From: Parcubacteria group bacterium ADurb.Bin115
Lineage (GTDB): Bacteria > Patescibacteriota > Patescibacteriia > Patescibacteriales > UBA12465
Length of the DNA: 62,068 nucleotides
Direction: 5' to 3'
Assembly (NCBI GenBank): GCA_002070735.1
Contig: MWDX01000014.1
Span: forward strand, 1 to 62,068
Shown here: one piece after another, positions 41,400-49,962 of the stretch
Position numbering within the stretch: position 1 is the stretch's first letter
How the letters are laid out: the number at the start of each line of letters is the position of its first letter
Program-made: the position numbers and the translations under genes
The notes under the pieces: generated by a model
What the model was told of the DNA's origin: nothing
The model's database searches: none
The model's input: only the letters and a program-made list of their open reading frames with translations

Positions 41400-41906
41400 C
41401 TAAGAATAAATTACTTTATATTTTAGCATTAAAGTATTTTCATTTAGTTTTTGGCAATCCAATAAGTTTAAATTAGTTTCGCAGATTTCTGTAAATAATG
41501 ATAGGCCATGGCCGAATATTTTTGGCTCCACTGTCAAAATAATCTCGTTAATCAACTTTTTCTTCAAAAATAGAGTGTTTAAAAAAGAGCCGCCGCCCAA
41601 TAGAGCCTTGGTGTAGCCAAGTTGTTCCAGTTCCGCTAGTATTATTTCCGGTTCGCCTTTTACCCATTTGAGTAGACCCTCAATATTTTCGCCGCCGTCT
41701 GGCGAGAAAACGACATTCAGTCTTCCCGGCAATGGTTTAGGAAAAGTTTTAAAAGTATTTTCCCCCATCATAATAACGCCGAAGTCTCGGGAAACTTCGA
41801 CAAAAAGCTTTTTGTCTTCCTGGCTGGTCCAATTCGCCAACTGGCTTTTGTCTTTGGCGATTTTACCATCAACAGTAACGGCCATGATGAGGGTAACCGG
41901 TATCAT
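41400..41906 (-). CDS. Dihydrofolate reductase-like protein (RibD C-terminal domain type)
   Basis: IMAVTVDGKIA...MGENTF...LLGGGSFLN...EIILTVEPKIFG. Lies immediately downstream of thyA. Confidence 0.7.
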   Translation of the reverse strand: MIPVTLIMAVTVDGKIAKDKSQLANWTSQEDKKLFVEVSRDFGVIMMGENTFKTFPKPLPGRLNVVFSPDGGENIEGLLKWVKGEPEIILAELEQLGYTKALLGGGSFLNTLFLKKKLINEIILTVEPKIFGHGLSLFTEICETNLNLLDCQKLNENTLMLKYKVIYS

Positions 41907-41910
41907 AAGT

Positions 41911-42726
41911 TTAAATGGCTATCGGAGCCTTTATTCCTGGCAAAGGATTATATCCTTCCAGTTGAAAATCTTCATATTGAAAGGAAAAAATATCTTTGAC
42001 TTCGGGATTTATTATCATTGTTGGCAAGGGTCTGGGCGTGCGGCCGAGCTGTTCAGCCACTTGTTCACGATGGTTGTTATATATATGAAGGTCGCCGAAA
42101 GTGTGGACGAAGTCTCCTAGTTTTTTGCCGGTAACCTGGGCCATCATCATTGTCAACAGAGCGTAAGAAGCGATATTGAAGGGTACCCCCAGAAATAAAT
42201 CGGCGCTGCGCTGGTATAGCTGGCAAGATAGGTGGTCATCGGCGTCGACATAAAATTGGAATAAGCTGTGGCAAGGGGGCGGGGCGGTTTTTTTGCCGGA
42301 AATAAGCATTCTTAAGTCACCAACATTCCAGCCGCTAACAATAATTCTCCTGGAACTGGGATTGTTTTTTATCATTTCCACCGCTTCGGCAATCTGATTT
42401 ATTTTATCTCCATTGGGCGCTTCCCAGGCGGTCCACTGCTTACCGTAAATCGGTCCCAAATCGCCGTTTTCATCCGCCCATTCATCCCAAATGGTTACGC
42501 CGTGTTCATTCAGATATTTAATATTAGTGTCTCCCTTTAAGAACCAAAGGAGTTCGTAGATAATTGATTTTAAATGCACCTTTTTGGTGGTCAGAAGGGG
42601 AAAACCCGCGTTTAAATCAAAGCGGATTTGCCGGCCGAAAACACTGGTTGTGCCCGTACCAGTACGGTCGTCTTTGTTTTTACCATTTTCCATTACGTCT
42701 TTTAATAAATCTAAATAGACTTTCAT
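41911..42726 (-). CDS. thyA: Thymidylate synthase ThyA
   Basis: [44 protein letters not shown]. Confidence 0.95.
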   Translation of the reverse strand: MKVYLDLLKDVMENGKNKDDRTGTGTTSVFGRQIRFDLNAGFPLLTTKKVHLKSIIYELLWFLKGDTNIKYLNEHGVTIWDEWADENGDLGPIYGKQWTAWEAPNGDKINQIAEAVEMIKNNPSSRRIIVSGWNVGDLRMLISGKKTAPPPCHSLFQFYVDADDHLSCQLYQRSADLFLGVPFNIASYALLTMMMAQVTGKKLGDFVHTFGDLHIYNNHREQVAEQLGRTPRPLPTMIINPEVKDIFSFQYEDFQLEGYNPLPGIKAPIAI

Positions 42727-42731
42727 ATTTT

Positions 42732-43229
42732 TTATTTCATGTCTTGGTAGGTGATTACTTCTTCCGACAATAATGTAAATTCTATACCCGCTTGTTCAAA
42801 TATTTCTTTACTGCGCGCACCGGCGTGGTAATCTTGAGCACAGACTACTTTTTTAATGCCGGCATTAATAATCATTTTGGCACAAGTATAGCAAGGTGTC
42901 ATTTTACAGTATAAAGTGCCACCCTCTATAGAGATGCCCATGCGGGCGGCCTCGCAGATGGCATTTTGTTCGGCGTGGGTGGTACGGATGCAGTGGCGAC
43001 TGGTACTGCCGTCTTCATGAGTAACAGTGTGCATCTCGTGTCCGACTTCATCGCAATGAGGCAGGCCGATGGGAGAGCCGACATAGCCGGTGGCGACAAT
43101 CCGGCGGTCGCGGGTGATGACACAGCCGGCGCGGCCGCGGTCGCAAGAACCGCGAGAGCCAACCATCTCGGTTATCTTCATAAAGTATTCATCCCAAGAA
43201 GGACGAATATATTTTTCTTCTGCACTCAT
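42732..43229 (-). CDS. comEB: dCMP deaminase (ComEB-type cytidine/deoxycytidylate deaminase)
   Basis: Zinc motifs HAEQNAI and PCYTCAKMI. Size of 165 aa. Confidence 0.9.
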   Translation of the reverse strand: MSAEEKYIRPSWDEYFMKITEMVGSRGSCDRGRAGCVITRDRRIVATGYVGSPIGLPHCDEVGHEMHTVTHEDGSTSRHCIRTTHAEQNAICEAARMGISIEGGTLYCKMTPCYTCAKMIINAGIKKVVCAQDYHAGARSKEIFEQAGIEFTLLSEEVITYQDMK

Positions 43230-43389
43230 ATTTTTTATTTTTTAATAATGAGTTTTTACTTTGATTATATTGTAGTATAGTTGAGAGATTTCTTAAATAT
43301 TGACAAGATATTACTAATCTTTTTTGCGTTGATTTTTTCTTAAAAACAGGCTAAAATAAAAGCATATTTTGTTTGATTTTTAAGTAAAA

Positions 43390-44640
43390 ATGTTATTATT
43401 TATGAGATATTGGCGATATTTGCTGATTATTATCTTTATATTTTTGTTTTTGCCTTTTTATTCAGGGCAAGCAGCTTCTTTAGCTGATAAATTAGCCGGG
43501 AGAATTGTTTTGAGCGTGGAAGAAAAGGGCGAGGCTTGGTATATAAATCCGCTGGATTTGCGTCGCTATTATCTCGGCCGTCCGGCTGACGCTTTCCAGG
43601 TGATGAGAAACCTTGGTTTGGGTATTAACGAGTCTCAATTTCAGGAAATCGCTCAAGCGGGCATGCCGGTTGAAGGCAATTTGGATTTAGCCAAGCGTTT
43701 GGCCGGTCGGATTATTCTGCAGGTCGAAAAAAATGGCGAAGCCTGGTATATTAATCCGCTGGATTTAAAAAAATATTATCTCGGCCGTCCGGCTGACGCT
43801 TTCCAAGTAATGAGAAATCTCGGTTTGGGAATCACGCGTCAAAATCTGGCGCAAATTCATAAGCCCGGCTTATCGGAAAGCATTAATCAATACAGCGGCT
43901 ACGAACATAAGCTGGTATCTACGGAGCGTGGAGATTTTAAAGTAGATGTTTTGCGGATTGATTTAAAAAATCCAAATTTAGAGATTTTGAGTTTGGCGGC
44001 TGATAGCCAAGTCTGTACGGATGGAGTTTGCCGCGCGCAAAGCCTGGGGGATTATGTCTTTGCCAATCAAGGTTTTGCCGGCGTTAACGGTAGCTATTTT
44101 TGTTCTTCGTCCGGGTGTGGCCGGCCCAATTATTATTTTTTTCCGGTTTATGACAGCTTGTCTGGAGAGATGGTCAATGCTGACCAATTAAAATATTGGA
44201 CTACTGGCCCGCTTATAGCTTTTGACACGAATAATAAATTTTATTATTTTAAAGATTCCCGGGAGTTTAAAAGTGTGGACGATTTTGAAAAGAACTATGG
44301 CGTAAAATTGCAGGCGGCTTTGGGCAATCAGCCACGCTTAGTGGAAAACAAGATGAATGTCTTGATTGATTGGGATTTGGATAAAGGGCAAAAGACCGGT
44401 AAGTATTGGCGCAACGCTTTGGGTTATAAGGATGATCCCGTTAATCCGGGTAAAGGTGAATTATATATAGTAATTGCCCACCAAGCGACTATCGATGATT
44501 TGGCTGTGATTATGAAAGCGATGGGCATGGATTATGCTCTCAATCTTGACGGTGGTTCCTCTTCGGCTCTTATTTATAACGGCGAATATATGGTCGGCCC
44601 TGGCCGCGATATTCCCAACGCTTTAGTGTTTAAGCAGTAA
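43390..44640 (+). CDS. Secreted protein: two tandem 69-aa modules plus a C-terminal phosphodiester glycosidase (DUF2233/NAGPA-like) domain
   Basis: N-terminal signal/anchor. Duplicated module LAGRI.L.VE..GEAWYINPLDL..YYLGRPADAFQVMRNLGLGI. The C-terminus has NQPRLVENK and ALNLDGGSSSAL, typical of phosphodiester glycosidase domains. Confidence 0.65.
   Translation: MLLFMRYWRYLLIIIFIFLFLPFYSGQAASLADKLAGRIVLSVEEKGEAWYINPLDLRRYYLGRPADAFQVMRNLGLGINESQFQEIAQAGMPVEGNLDLAKRLAGRIILQVEKNGEAWYINPLDLKKYYLGRPADAFQVMRNLGLGITRQNLAQIHKPGLSESINQYSGYEHKLVSTERGDFKVDVLRIDLKNPNLEILSLAADSQVCTDGVCRAQSLGDYVFANQGFAGVNGSYFCSSSGCGRPNYYFFPVYDSLSGEMVNADQLKYWTTGPLIAFDTNNKFYYFKDSREFKSVDDFEKNYGVKLQAALGNQPRLVENKMNVLIDWDLDKGQKTGKYWRNALGYKDDPVNPGKGELYIVIAHQATIDDLAVIMKAMGMDYALNLDGGSSSALIYNGEYMVGPGRDIPNALVFKQ
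43480..43860 (+). repeat. Intragenic tandem duplication, period 207 nt
   Basis: Unit 1 starts at 43480 and unit 2 at 43687. They include an identical 32-nt run, TATTATCTCGGCCGTCCGGCTGACGCTTTCCA. Confidence 0.85.
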
Positions 44641-44643
44641 TTT

Positions 44644-44916
44644 ATGGATATTGCCGATTTACAAGCAAAACTTAACGAGAAGGGGAAAATTTCTTTTCCG
44701 GTAAAAGTGTCGCCCGGCGCCGATAAGACAGAATGGCAGGAACCTTTAGCTGACGGCACTTTGCGTCTGAAAGTGAAGGCGGCCCCGGAAAGAGGGCAGG
44801 CTAACGCCGAACTTGTCGCCTTCTTGGCTGGTATTTTTCGGGTAAACAAGAAATTGGTGGAGATTACGGCCGGTGGTGGCGCCAGATTAAAAAGAATTAA
44901 AGTAAAAAAATCTTAA
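44644..44916 (+). CDS. DUF167 (YggU/UPF0235) family protein
   Basis: LRLKVKAAPERGQANAELVAFLAGIFRVNKKLVEITAGGGARLKRIKV. Confidence 0.8.
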   Translation: MDIADLQAKLNEKGKISFPVKVSPGADKTEWQEPLADGTLRLKVKAAPERGQANAELVAFLAGIFRVNKKLVEITAGGGARLKRIKVKKS

Positions 44917-44919
44917 TTT

Positions 44920-45771
44920 ATGTCCCTTGATGTTTCCGTCATTATTGTTTCCTGGAAGGTAAAAGACCGCTTGCGCGCCAATTTATCGGCTTTATTGCCT
45001 TCTTTAAATGGCTTGTCGGCCGAGGTTTTCGTGGTGGATAATAACTCCCGAGACGGCAGCGCGGAAATGGTTTCTAAAGAATTTTCGACAGTGAGGTTGA
45101 TTGCCAATCAAGAAAATCTTGGCTTTGCCAAAGCCAATAATCAAGCAATTAAGGAAGCGAAAGGAGACTTTATTCTGCTTCTTAATCCCGACATGCTGGT
45201 TTTTCCGGATACGGTTAAAAATATGCTGGCTTGGATGAAAACTAATCAACAAGCGGTGGTTGCCGGTTGCCGCTTGGAAAATGAATCCGGAGAGCGATTG
45301 CCGTCTGTACGCCGTTTTCCGCGCTTAAGCGATCAGTTAGCGATAGTTTTGAAGTTTCCTCATCTTTTTCCGTCTTGGCTAAATTCTTATCTTTGTAAAA
45401 ATTTTGATTATAGCCAAGCGGCGAGGGTTGATTCTGTGCGCGGCGCTTTCTTTATGATTAACCGCGCCGCTTGGCAGAATATTTCCGCTTCCGCTTTGCC
45501 TTTATTGGATGAGCGGTATTTTATTTGGTTTGAAGAAGTAGATTTTTGCCGGCAGGTTTATAAGAATGGCGGGGAAGTCTGGTATACGCCGGTTGCCCGT
45601 TGTCTGGATTATGTCGGCCAGAGCTTCAATCAGGTCGATGTTTCTAACAAGCAGCTATATTTTCAAGATTCAATGCTTAAATATTTTCAGAAATGGGAGC
45701 CTTCTTGGCAGTGTTTTGTATTAAAGAGCGCCTGGCCATTGGGGAGGTTCTTGGCTAAAATTTTTTCTTAG
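44920..45771 (+). CDS. Glycosyltransferase family 2
   Basis: VSVIIVSWK, VVDNNSRDGS, NLGFAKANNQA, LLNPDM, EEVDFC. Confidence 0.85.
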   Translation: MSLDVSVIIVSWKVKDRLRANLSALLPSLNGLSAEVFVVDNNSRDGSAEMVSKEFSTVRLIANQENLGFAKANNQAIKEAKGDFILLLNPDMLVFPDTVKNMLAWMKTNQQAVVAGCRLENESGERLPSVRRFPRLSDQLAIVLKFPHLFPSWLNSYLCKNFDYSQAARVDSVRGAFFMINRAAWQNISASALPLLDERYFIWFEEVDFCRQVYKNGGEVWYTPVARCLDYVGQSFNQVDVSNKQLYFQDSMLKYFQKWEPSWQCFVLKSAWPLGRFLAKIFS

Positions 45772-45774
45772 ACT

Positions 45775-46833
45775 ATGAAAGTTGGCATTATTCTCGTCAA
45801 TTATAAAGATTATGCTCAGCGTTTTTTGACGCCTTGTTTAGCTTCAATTCGCGCTTTGGATGCTTCTTGCCGGCCGGATATTTTTATTGTCGATAATGCC
45901 AGTACGGCCGAATCAGCCGCTTATTTGCGCGACCAGGCGCCGGCGGCTCGTTTTATTTTTAATAAAAATAATGATGGTTTCGCCAAAGGTAATAACGATG
46001 CTTTGCGTCTGATGATGGCGGAAAATTATGATTATGCTTTATTATTAAACATGGACGCTTCTTTAGCGCCCAGGGCTTTAACGGAATTGGTACGCATAGT
46101 CGAGGCTAATCCGGCTGCCGCCGCCGTACAGGCGCGTTTAATGTTTAACTCGGACAGGGAGATGATAAACAGCTTGGGTAATGTTACGCATTTTTTGGGT
46201 TTCGGCTATTGCGACGCCTATCGTCAAACATTCCTGGACAGAGGCGAGGAGGTAAAAAAAATCGCTTATCCTTCCGGGGCGGCGGTTTTGCTAAGAATGG
46301 AAGCTTTGCGCGCCGTCGGCTTGTTGGACGAAGAATTTTGGATGTATAATGAAGACCAGGATTTGGGCTGGCGTTTCTGGCTGTCTGGTTGGCAGTGTTT
46401 GTTGGCTTTTAAGGCGGTCGCCTATCATCAATATGAATTCAGCCGTTCGGTCAGCAAATATTATTGGATGGAAAGAAACCGCTTGATTGCGGCTTGGAAA
46501 AATTATTCAATTTTATCTTTAATCTTGTTTTTACCGCCTTTGCTGGTAATGGAACTGGGCATGAGTTTTTTCGCTTTACGTTCCGGTTGGCTGAAGGAAA
46601 AGAAAAGAGCCTGGGCTTATTTTTTCAATCTTAAAAATTGGTCGTATCTGCTTCAAGCCAGAAAACAGGCACAAACTTTGCGCTGCGTACCTGACTATAA
46701 AATATTACCTTTATTTTCCGGACACATCTGGTATCAGGAAATTGATAACCCGGTGTTAAAATATTTAGTTAATCCTTTGTTTTCTTTTTATTTTTTCATC
46801 GCTCGCAGGATAATAAGAATCTGCCGGCAATAA
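45775..46833 (+). CDS. Glycosyltransferase family 2 with a C-terminal membrane region
   Basis: GIILVNYK, IVDNAST, NDGFAKGNNDA, LLNMDA, NEDQDLGWR. Two or three C-terminal TM helices. Confidence 0.85.
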   Translation: MKVGIILVNYKDYAQRFLTPCLASIRALDASCRPDIFIVDNASTAESAAYLRDQAPAARFIFNKNNDGFAKGNNDALRLMMAENYDYALLLNMDASLAPRALTELVRIVEANPAAAAVQARLMFNSDREMINSLGNVTHFLGFGYCDAYRQTFLDRGEEVKKIAYPSGAAVLLRMEALRAVGLLDEEFWMYNEDQDLGWRFWLSGWQCLLAFKAVAYHQYEFSRSVSKYYWMERNRLIAAWKNYSILSLILFLPPLLVMELGMSFFALRSGWLKEKKRAWAYFFNLKNWSYLLQARKQAQTLRCVPDYKILPLFSGHIWYQEIDNPVLKYLVNPLFSFYFFIARRIIRICRQ

Positions 46834-46834
46834 T

Positions 46835-47623
46835 ATGGACTTATCGATTATCATCGTCAATTATAAAAGCCGTTTAAAATTGGAAGCTTGCCTGCGGTCT
46901 TTAGCCACGGCTGATTTAAGCGACCTGGAATATGAGATTATTTTAGTGGAAAACGCTTCTGGCGATAAGCTGGCTGATTTAACCGCGGTTGATGCGCGCA
47001 TCCGATTGATTGAGAGCGAGCAAAATTTGGGCATGGGAGGCGGTAATAATCTCGGTATCGCGGCCAGCTCCGGTGAAATGATATTAATCGCTAATCCAGA
47101 TCTTGTCTTCAGTCGTGAAGCCGTTAAGAAGCTTGTTTTATATTTAACAAATAATCGCGAGGTCGCTATCGTTGGCCCTAAGCTATTAAATTCTGACGGA
47201 ACTTTACAGTATTCTTGCGCCCGTTTCCCCAGCATATTTTTACCGGTATTAAGGCGGACGGCGGTCGGTCACTATTTGCCCGGATTAATAGATAGATATT
47301 TAATGAAACATGAAAATCATCAGGAGACGAGAAATGTCGATTGGCTGTTAGGAGCGTGTTTATTGGTAAGGCGAGGAGAGCTTTTTAATCATGAAAAATT
47401 ATTTGATGAAAGATTTTTTATGTATTTTGAAGACGTCGATCTTTGCCGCCGCGCCCATGAGCAAGGGAAGAAAGTTGTCTATTATCCGGAAGCAACGGTT
47501 ATCCACGACCATCAGCGCAAGAGCGCTCGTTTGCCGTGGTACCTCGCCATTTTTAAAGACCATCTGGCCCAAGAACACTTAAAATCATGGTGGAAATATT
47601 TTAAGAAGTGGGGATGGCGCTAA
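46835..47623 (+). CDS. Glycosyltransferase family 2
   Basis: LSIIIVNYK, LVENASGD, NLGMGGGNNLG, IANPDL, FEDVDLCRR. Confidence 0.85.
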   Translation: MDLSIIIVNYKSRLKLEACLRSLATADLSDLEYEIILVENASGDKLADLTAVDARIRLIESEQNLGMGGGNNLGIAASSGEMILIANPDLVFSREAVKKLVLYLTNNREVAIVGPKLLNSDGTLQYSCARFPSIFLPVLRRTAVGHYLPGLIDRYLMKHENHQETRNVDWLLGACLLVRRGELFNHEKLFDERFFMYFEDVDLCRRAHEQGKKVVYYPEATVIHDHQRKSARLPWYLAIFKDHLAQEHLKSWWKYFKKWGWR

Positions 47624-47646
47624 ACGGCTGTCCCGCTGATAATTAT

Positions 47647-48525
47647 ATGCAAAAAATCAAAAAAGCAATTTTGCCGGTAGCCGGATTCGGCACGCGTTTC
47701 TTGCCGGTGACTAAGGCTCAGCCTAAAGAAATGTTGCCGGTAGTCGATAAGCCGGTGATTCAGTATTTAGTGGAAGAAGCGGCGGCCGCCGGCATTGAAG
47801 AAATAATCTTTGTCACCGGACGTGGCAAACGGGCGATTGAAGATCATTTCGATTATTCTTTTGAATTGTCTAAAACTTTAGTGGAAAAGAATAAGCTGGA
47901 TTTGGTGAAGAAGGTTCAAGCGATTGAAAATCTGGCCAAATTTTCTTATGTCCGCCAGCCGATTCCTTTGGGCGACGGGCATGCGGTCATGTGTGCCTCT
48001 CATCTTGTTCGTGACGATGAGCCGGTGTTAGTGATGTTTGGTGATACTTTATACGATGCGCCGATTTCCCCAGTCAAGCAGGTAATGGATGTTTATGAAC
48101 GTTATGGGGATGCGGTTATCGGTTTATCCGAAGTGGAACATAAAGATGTTAGTCAGTTCGGGGTAATCGACGGTTTGGATTTGGGAGAGGGAATTTATGA
48201 AATTAAGAAATTTATCGAAAAACCGTCGCTGGAAGAAGCCCCCTCTAATCTAGTGCAAGTCGGCATCAACATTATTACACCAGAAATTATCAATATCCTT
48301 AAGTCGATGCAATCCGGCAAATCCGGAGAAATTCGTTTGGCAGACGCCTATGATGTCATGCTGGAGCAGGGGCATGTGCTTTATGGTAAACAGTTAGAGG
48401 GTGAGTGGCTTGATACCGGCAATAAATTTAATTTAATCAAGGCTAATATCAAGATAGGCATAAAAGATCCAGAAATAGGTGAAGACCTGAAAGACTTCTT
48501 GCGTGGCCTAGCCAAGTCTCTTTAG
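47647..48525 (+). CDS. galU: UTP-glucose-1-phosphate uridylyltransferase
   Basis: KAILPVAGFGTRFLPVTKAQPKEMLPVVDKPVIQYLVEEA, and YVRQPIPLGDGHAV. ATG at 47647 preferred. Confidence 0.9.
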   Translation: MQKIKKAILPVAGFGTRFLPVTKAQPKEMLPVVDKPVIQYLVEEAAAAGIEEIIFVTGRGKRAIEDHFDYSFELSKTLVEKNKLDLVKKVQAIENLAKFSYVRQPIPLGDGHAVMCASHLVRDDEPVLVMFGDTLYDAPISPVKQVMDVYERYGDAVIGLSEVEHKDVSQFGVIDGLDLGEGIYEIKKFIEKPSLEEAPSNLVQVGINIITPEIINILKSMQSGKSGEIRLADAYDVMLEQGHVLYGKQLEGEWLDTGNKFNLIKANIKIGIKDPEIGEDLKDFLRGLAKSL

Positions 48526-48534
48526 ACGAAAAAG

Positions 48535-48598
48535 TTTTTATAAGATCAAAAAACCCCGTCTTCAAAAAGCCATCCCTGAGAAGGGGTGGCTTTTTGAG
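48535..48598. repeat. 64-nt intergenic element, copy 1 (hairpin / bidirectional terminator)
   Basis: TTTTTATAAGATCAAAAAACCCCGTCTTCAAAAAGCCATCCCTGAGAAGGGGTGGCTTTTTGAG. Near-identical to 55531-55594. Lies between convergent genes. Confidence 0.8.
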
Positions 48599-48622
48599 GG
48601 CGGAAAGGAGCTCATTACCTTG

Positions 48623-49957
48623 TTACTGAAGTTGTAATTTATAGATGCCGGCCTGCTGTCCGATTTTTGCGTAGAAGTATAATAGCTGATTTTTTTCATC
48701 TAAGGCGAGGTTAGAAATTTCCTCCGCTTTTAACAGCGTGATAGGCAAACGTTTGTCTAAGTTCAAATTAATAATTTTAATTTCGTCGTTATTCGCATAA
48801 ATTATATAATTTTTACTTCGGTTCCAAACGGCTCCTGTTAATTTCTCGCTTACTCTTATCAATAATTCTTGACGATTGCTATTAAGGTCAAAAGAATAGA
48901 TTTCAAATTCATTGTACCACATTAAAGTGGAGGCGTTGAGCCATTGCCAAGCGGTTACTGGTCGAAGCTGTTTGTTTATTGGTTGCTGGGCGTAATCATT
49001 AAGCAGATAGAGAGCTTTTTGTTTGCGGTCGTATAGATTGAGATGATATTTATCTTGCTTGAATATATAATCACCGGCCGGTAGGTTGATGCTATTTTGT
49101 AGAAGATGATTGTCGGCTCTATACAGCCTTAAATACATTTGTTCATTTTGTCTTTCGATTGTATAGATTAGGTTTCCGCGGACAGTGTAAGCAACATAAT
49201 CGCTGCCGCTGAGGACAGTGCTGATTGTATTATTGTCGGTGAGAATACAATTAATATGGCCGTCAGCTTGATAATATATTTTTTTGCCGTTTTCGTCCCA
49301 ATAAAAATTATTGGCTTCTTGGCCAATCATGGCGAGGGTGTCATTGCTTTGTCCATTGTCGAGATTAAGGATTTTTCCTCCGAAAAGTATACGCGCGCCG
49401 TCTTTAGACCACTGGATGTCTCCTTGGGATAATTGTAGGCCTAAATCGCTTTTTGTTTCCGTTTTTAAATTAATAGCCGTGCCCTCTTCGGGGAGAATTA
49501 GCCTTCGGTTGTCCGGGCTTAACTCTAATGTTTGAGGCGCGCATAGGCTGAGATTGAGCGGCAAGGAACGCTTGAATAATATCAAATCTTCTGCAAAAGT
49601 TGTTTGACCCGGGTAAATATTAATTTTTTTTTCCAGGGGCCAGTAGCCGTCCTTTTCTAGCATTAAGATATATTCTCCTGGCGGCAAATTTTTGATTTTT
49701 TGGGGAGTAAGAGCGTCACTTCGACCAATATCAAGCAGTATGGATTTGCGCCGGCGTTCGCCGTTTAAAAAAATAGAAGCGCCAGAGGGTTCGCTGTCAA
49801 CAATAAGCATGCCGGTTTTTTGAAAAATTTGGTCAAAACGCGGCGGCCAGCGTTTGTTAAGGCTATAGCCAGCGGCATAAACGGAAACAAAAAAAGTAAT
49901 AATCACAAACAAGATTATAAATAGGATAAATAGCCAGTCGCGAATTTTTTTAGGCAT
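48623..49957 (-). CDS. Membrane-anchored PEGA-domain protein with a repetitive beta-rich (propeller-like) C-terminal region
   Basis: N-terminal TM helix. IVDSEPSGASIFLNGERR...PGEYILMLEKDGYWP is PEGA-like. Lies downstream of murA on the same strand. Confidence 0.5.
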   Translation of the reverse strand: MPKKIRDWLFILFIILFVIITFFVSVYAAGYSLNKRWPPRFDQIFQKTGMLIVDSEPSGASIFLNGERRRKSILLDIGRSDALTPQKIKNLPPGEYILMLEKDGYWPLEKKINIYPGQTTFAEDLILFKRSLPLNLSLCAPQTLELSPDNRRLILPEEGTAINLKTETKSDLGLQLSQGDIQWSKDGARILFGGKILNLDNGQSNDTLAMIGQEANNFYWDENGKKIYYQADGHINCILTDNNTISTVLSGSDYVAYTVRGNLIYTIERQNEQMYLRLYRADNHLLQNSINLPAGDYIFKQDKYHLNLYDRKQKALYLLNDYAQQPINKQLRPVTAWQWLNASTLMWYNEFEIYSFDLNSNRQELLIRVSEKLTGAVWNRSKNYIIYANNDEIKIINLNLDKRLPITLLKAEEISNLALDEKNQLLYFYAKIGQQAGIYKLQLQ

Positions 49958-49962
49958 AAATT

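Noticed and set aside
41668-42120. 150-aa ORF on the plus strand spanning the DHFR-like/thyA junction
   Set aside because: It is antisense to two well-supported genes. Shadow ORF.
42926-43280. Ala/Pro-rich ORFs (42926-43162 minus, 42966-43280 plus)
   Set aside because: They are alternative frames kept open by the locally high GC content of the dCMP deaminase gene. The deaminase frame carries the catalytic HAE/PCxxC motifs.
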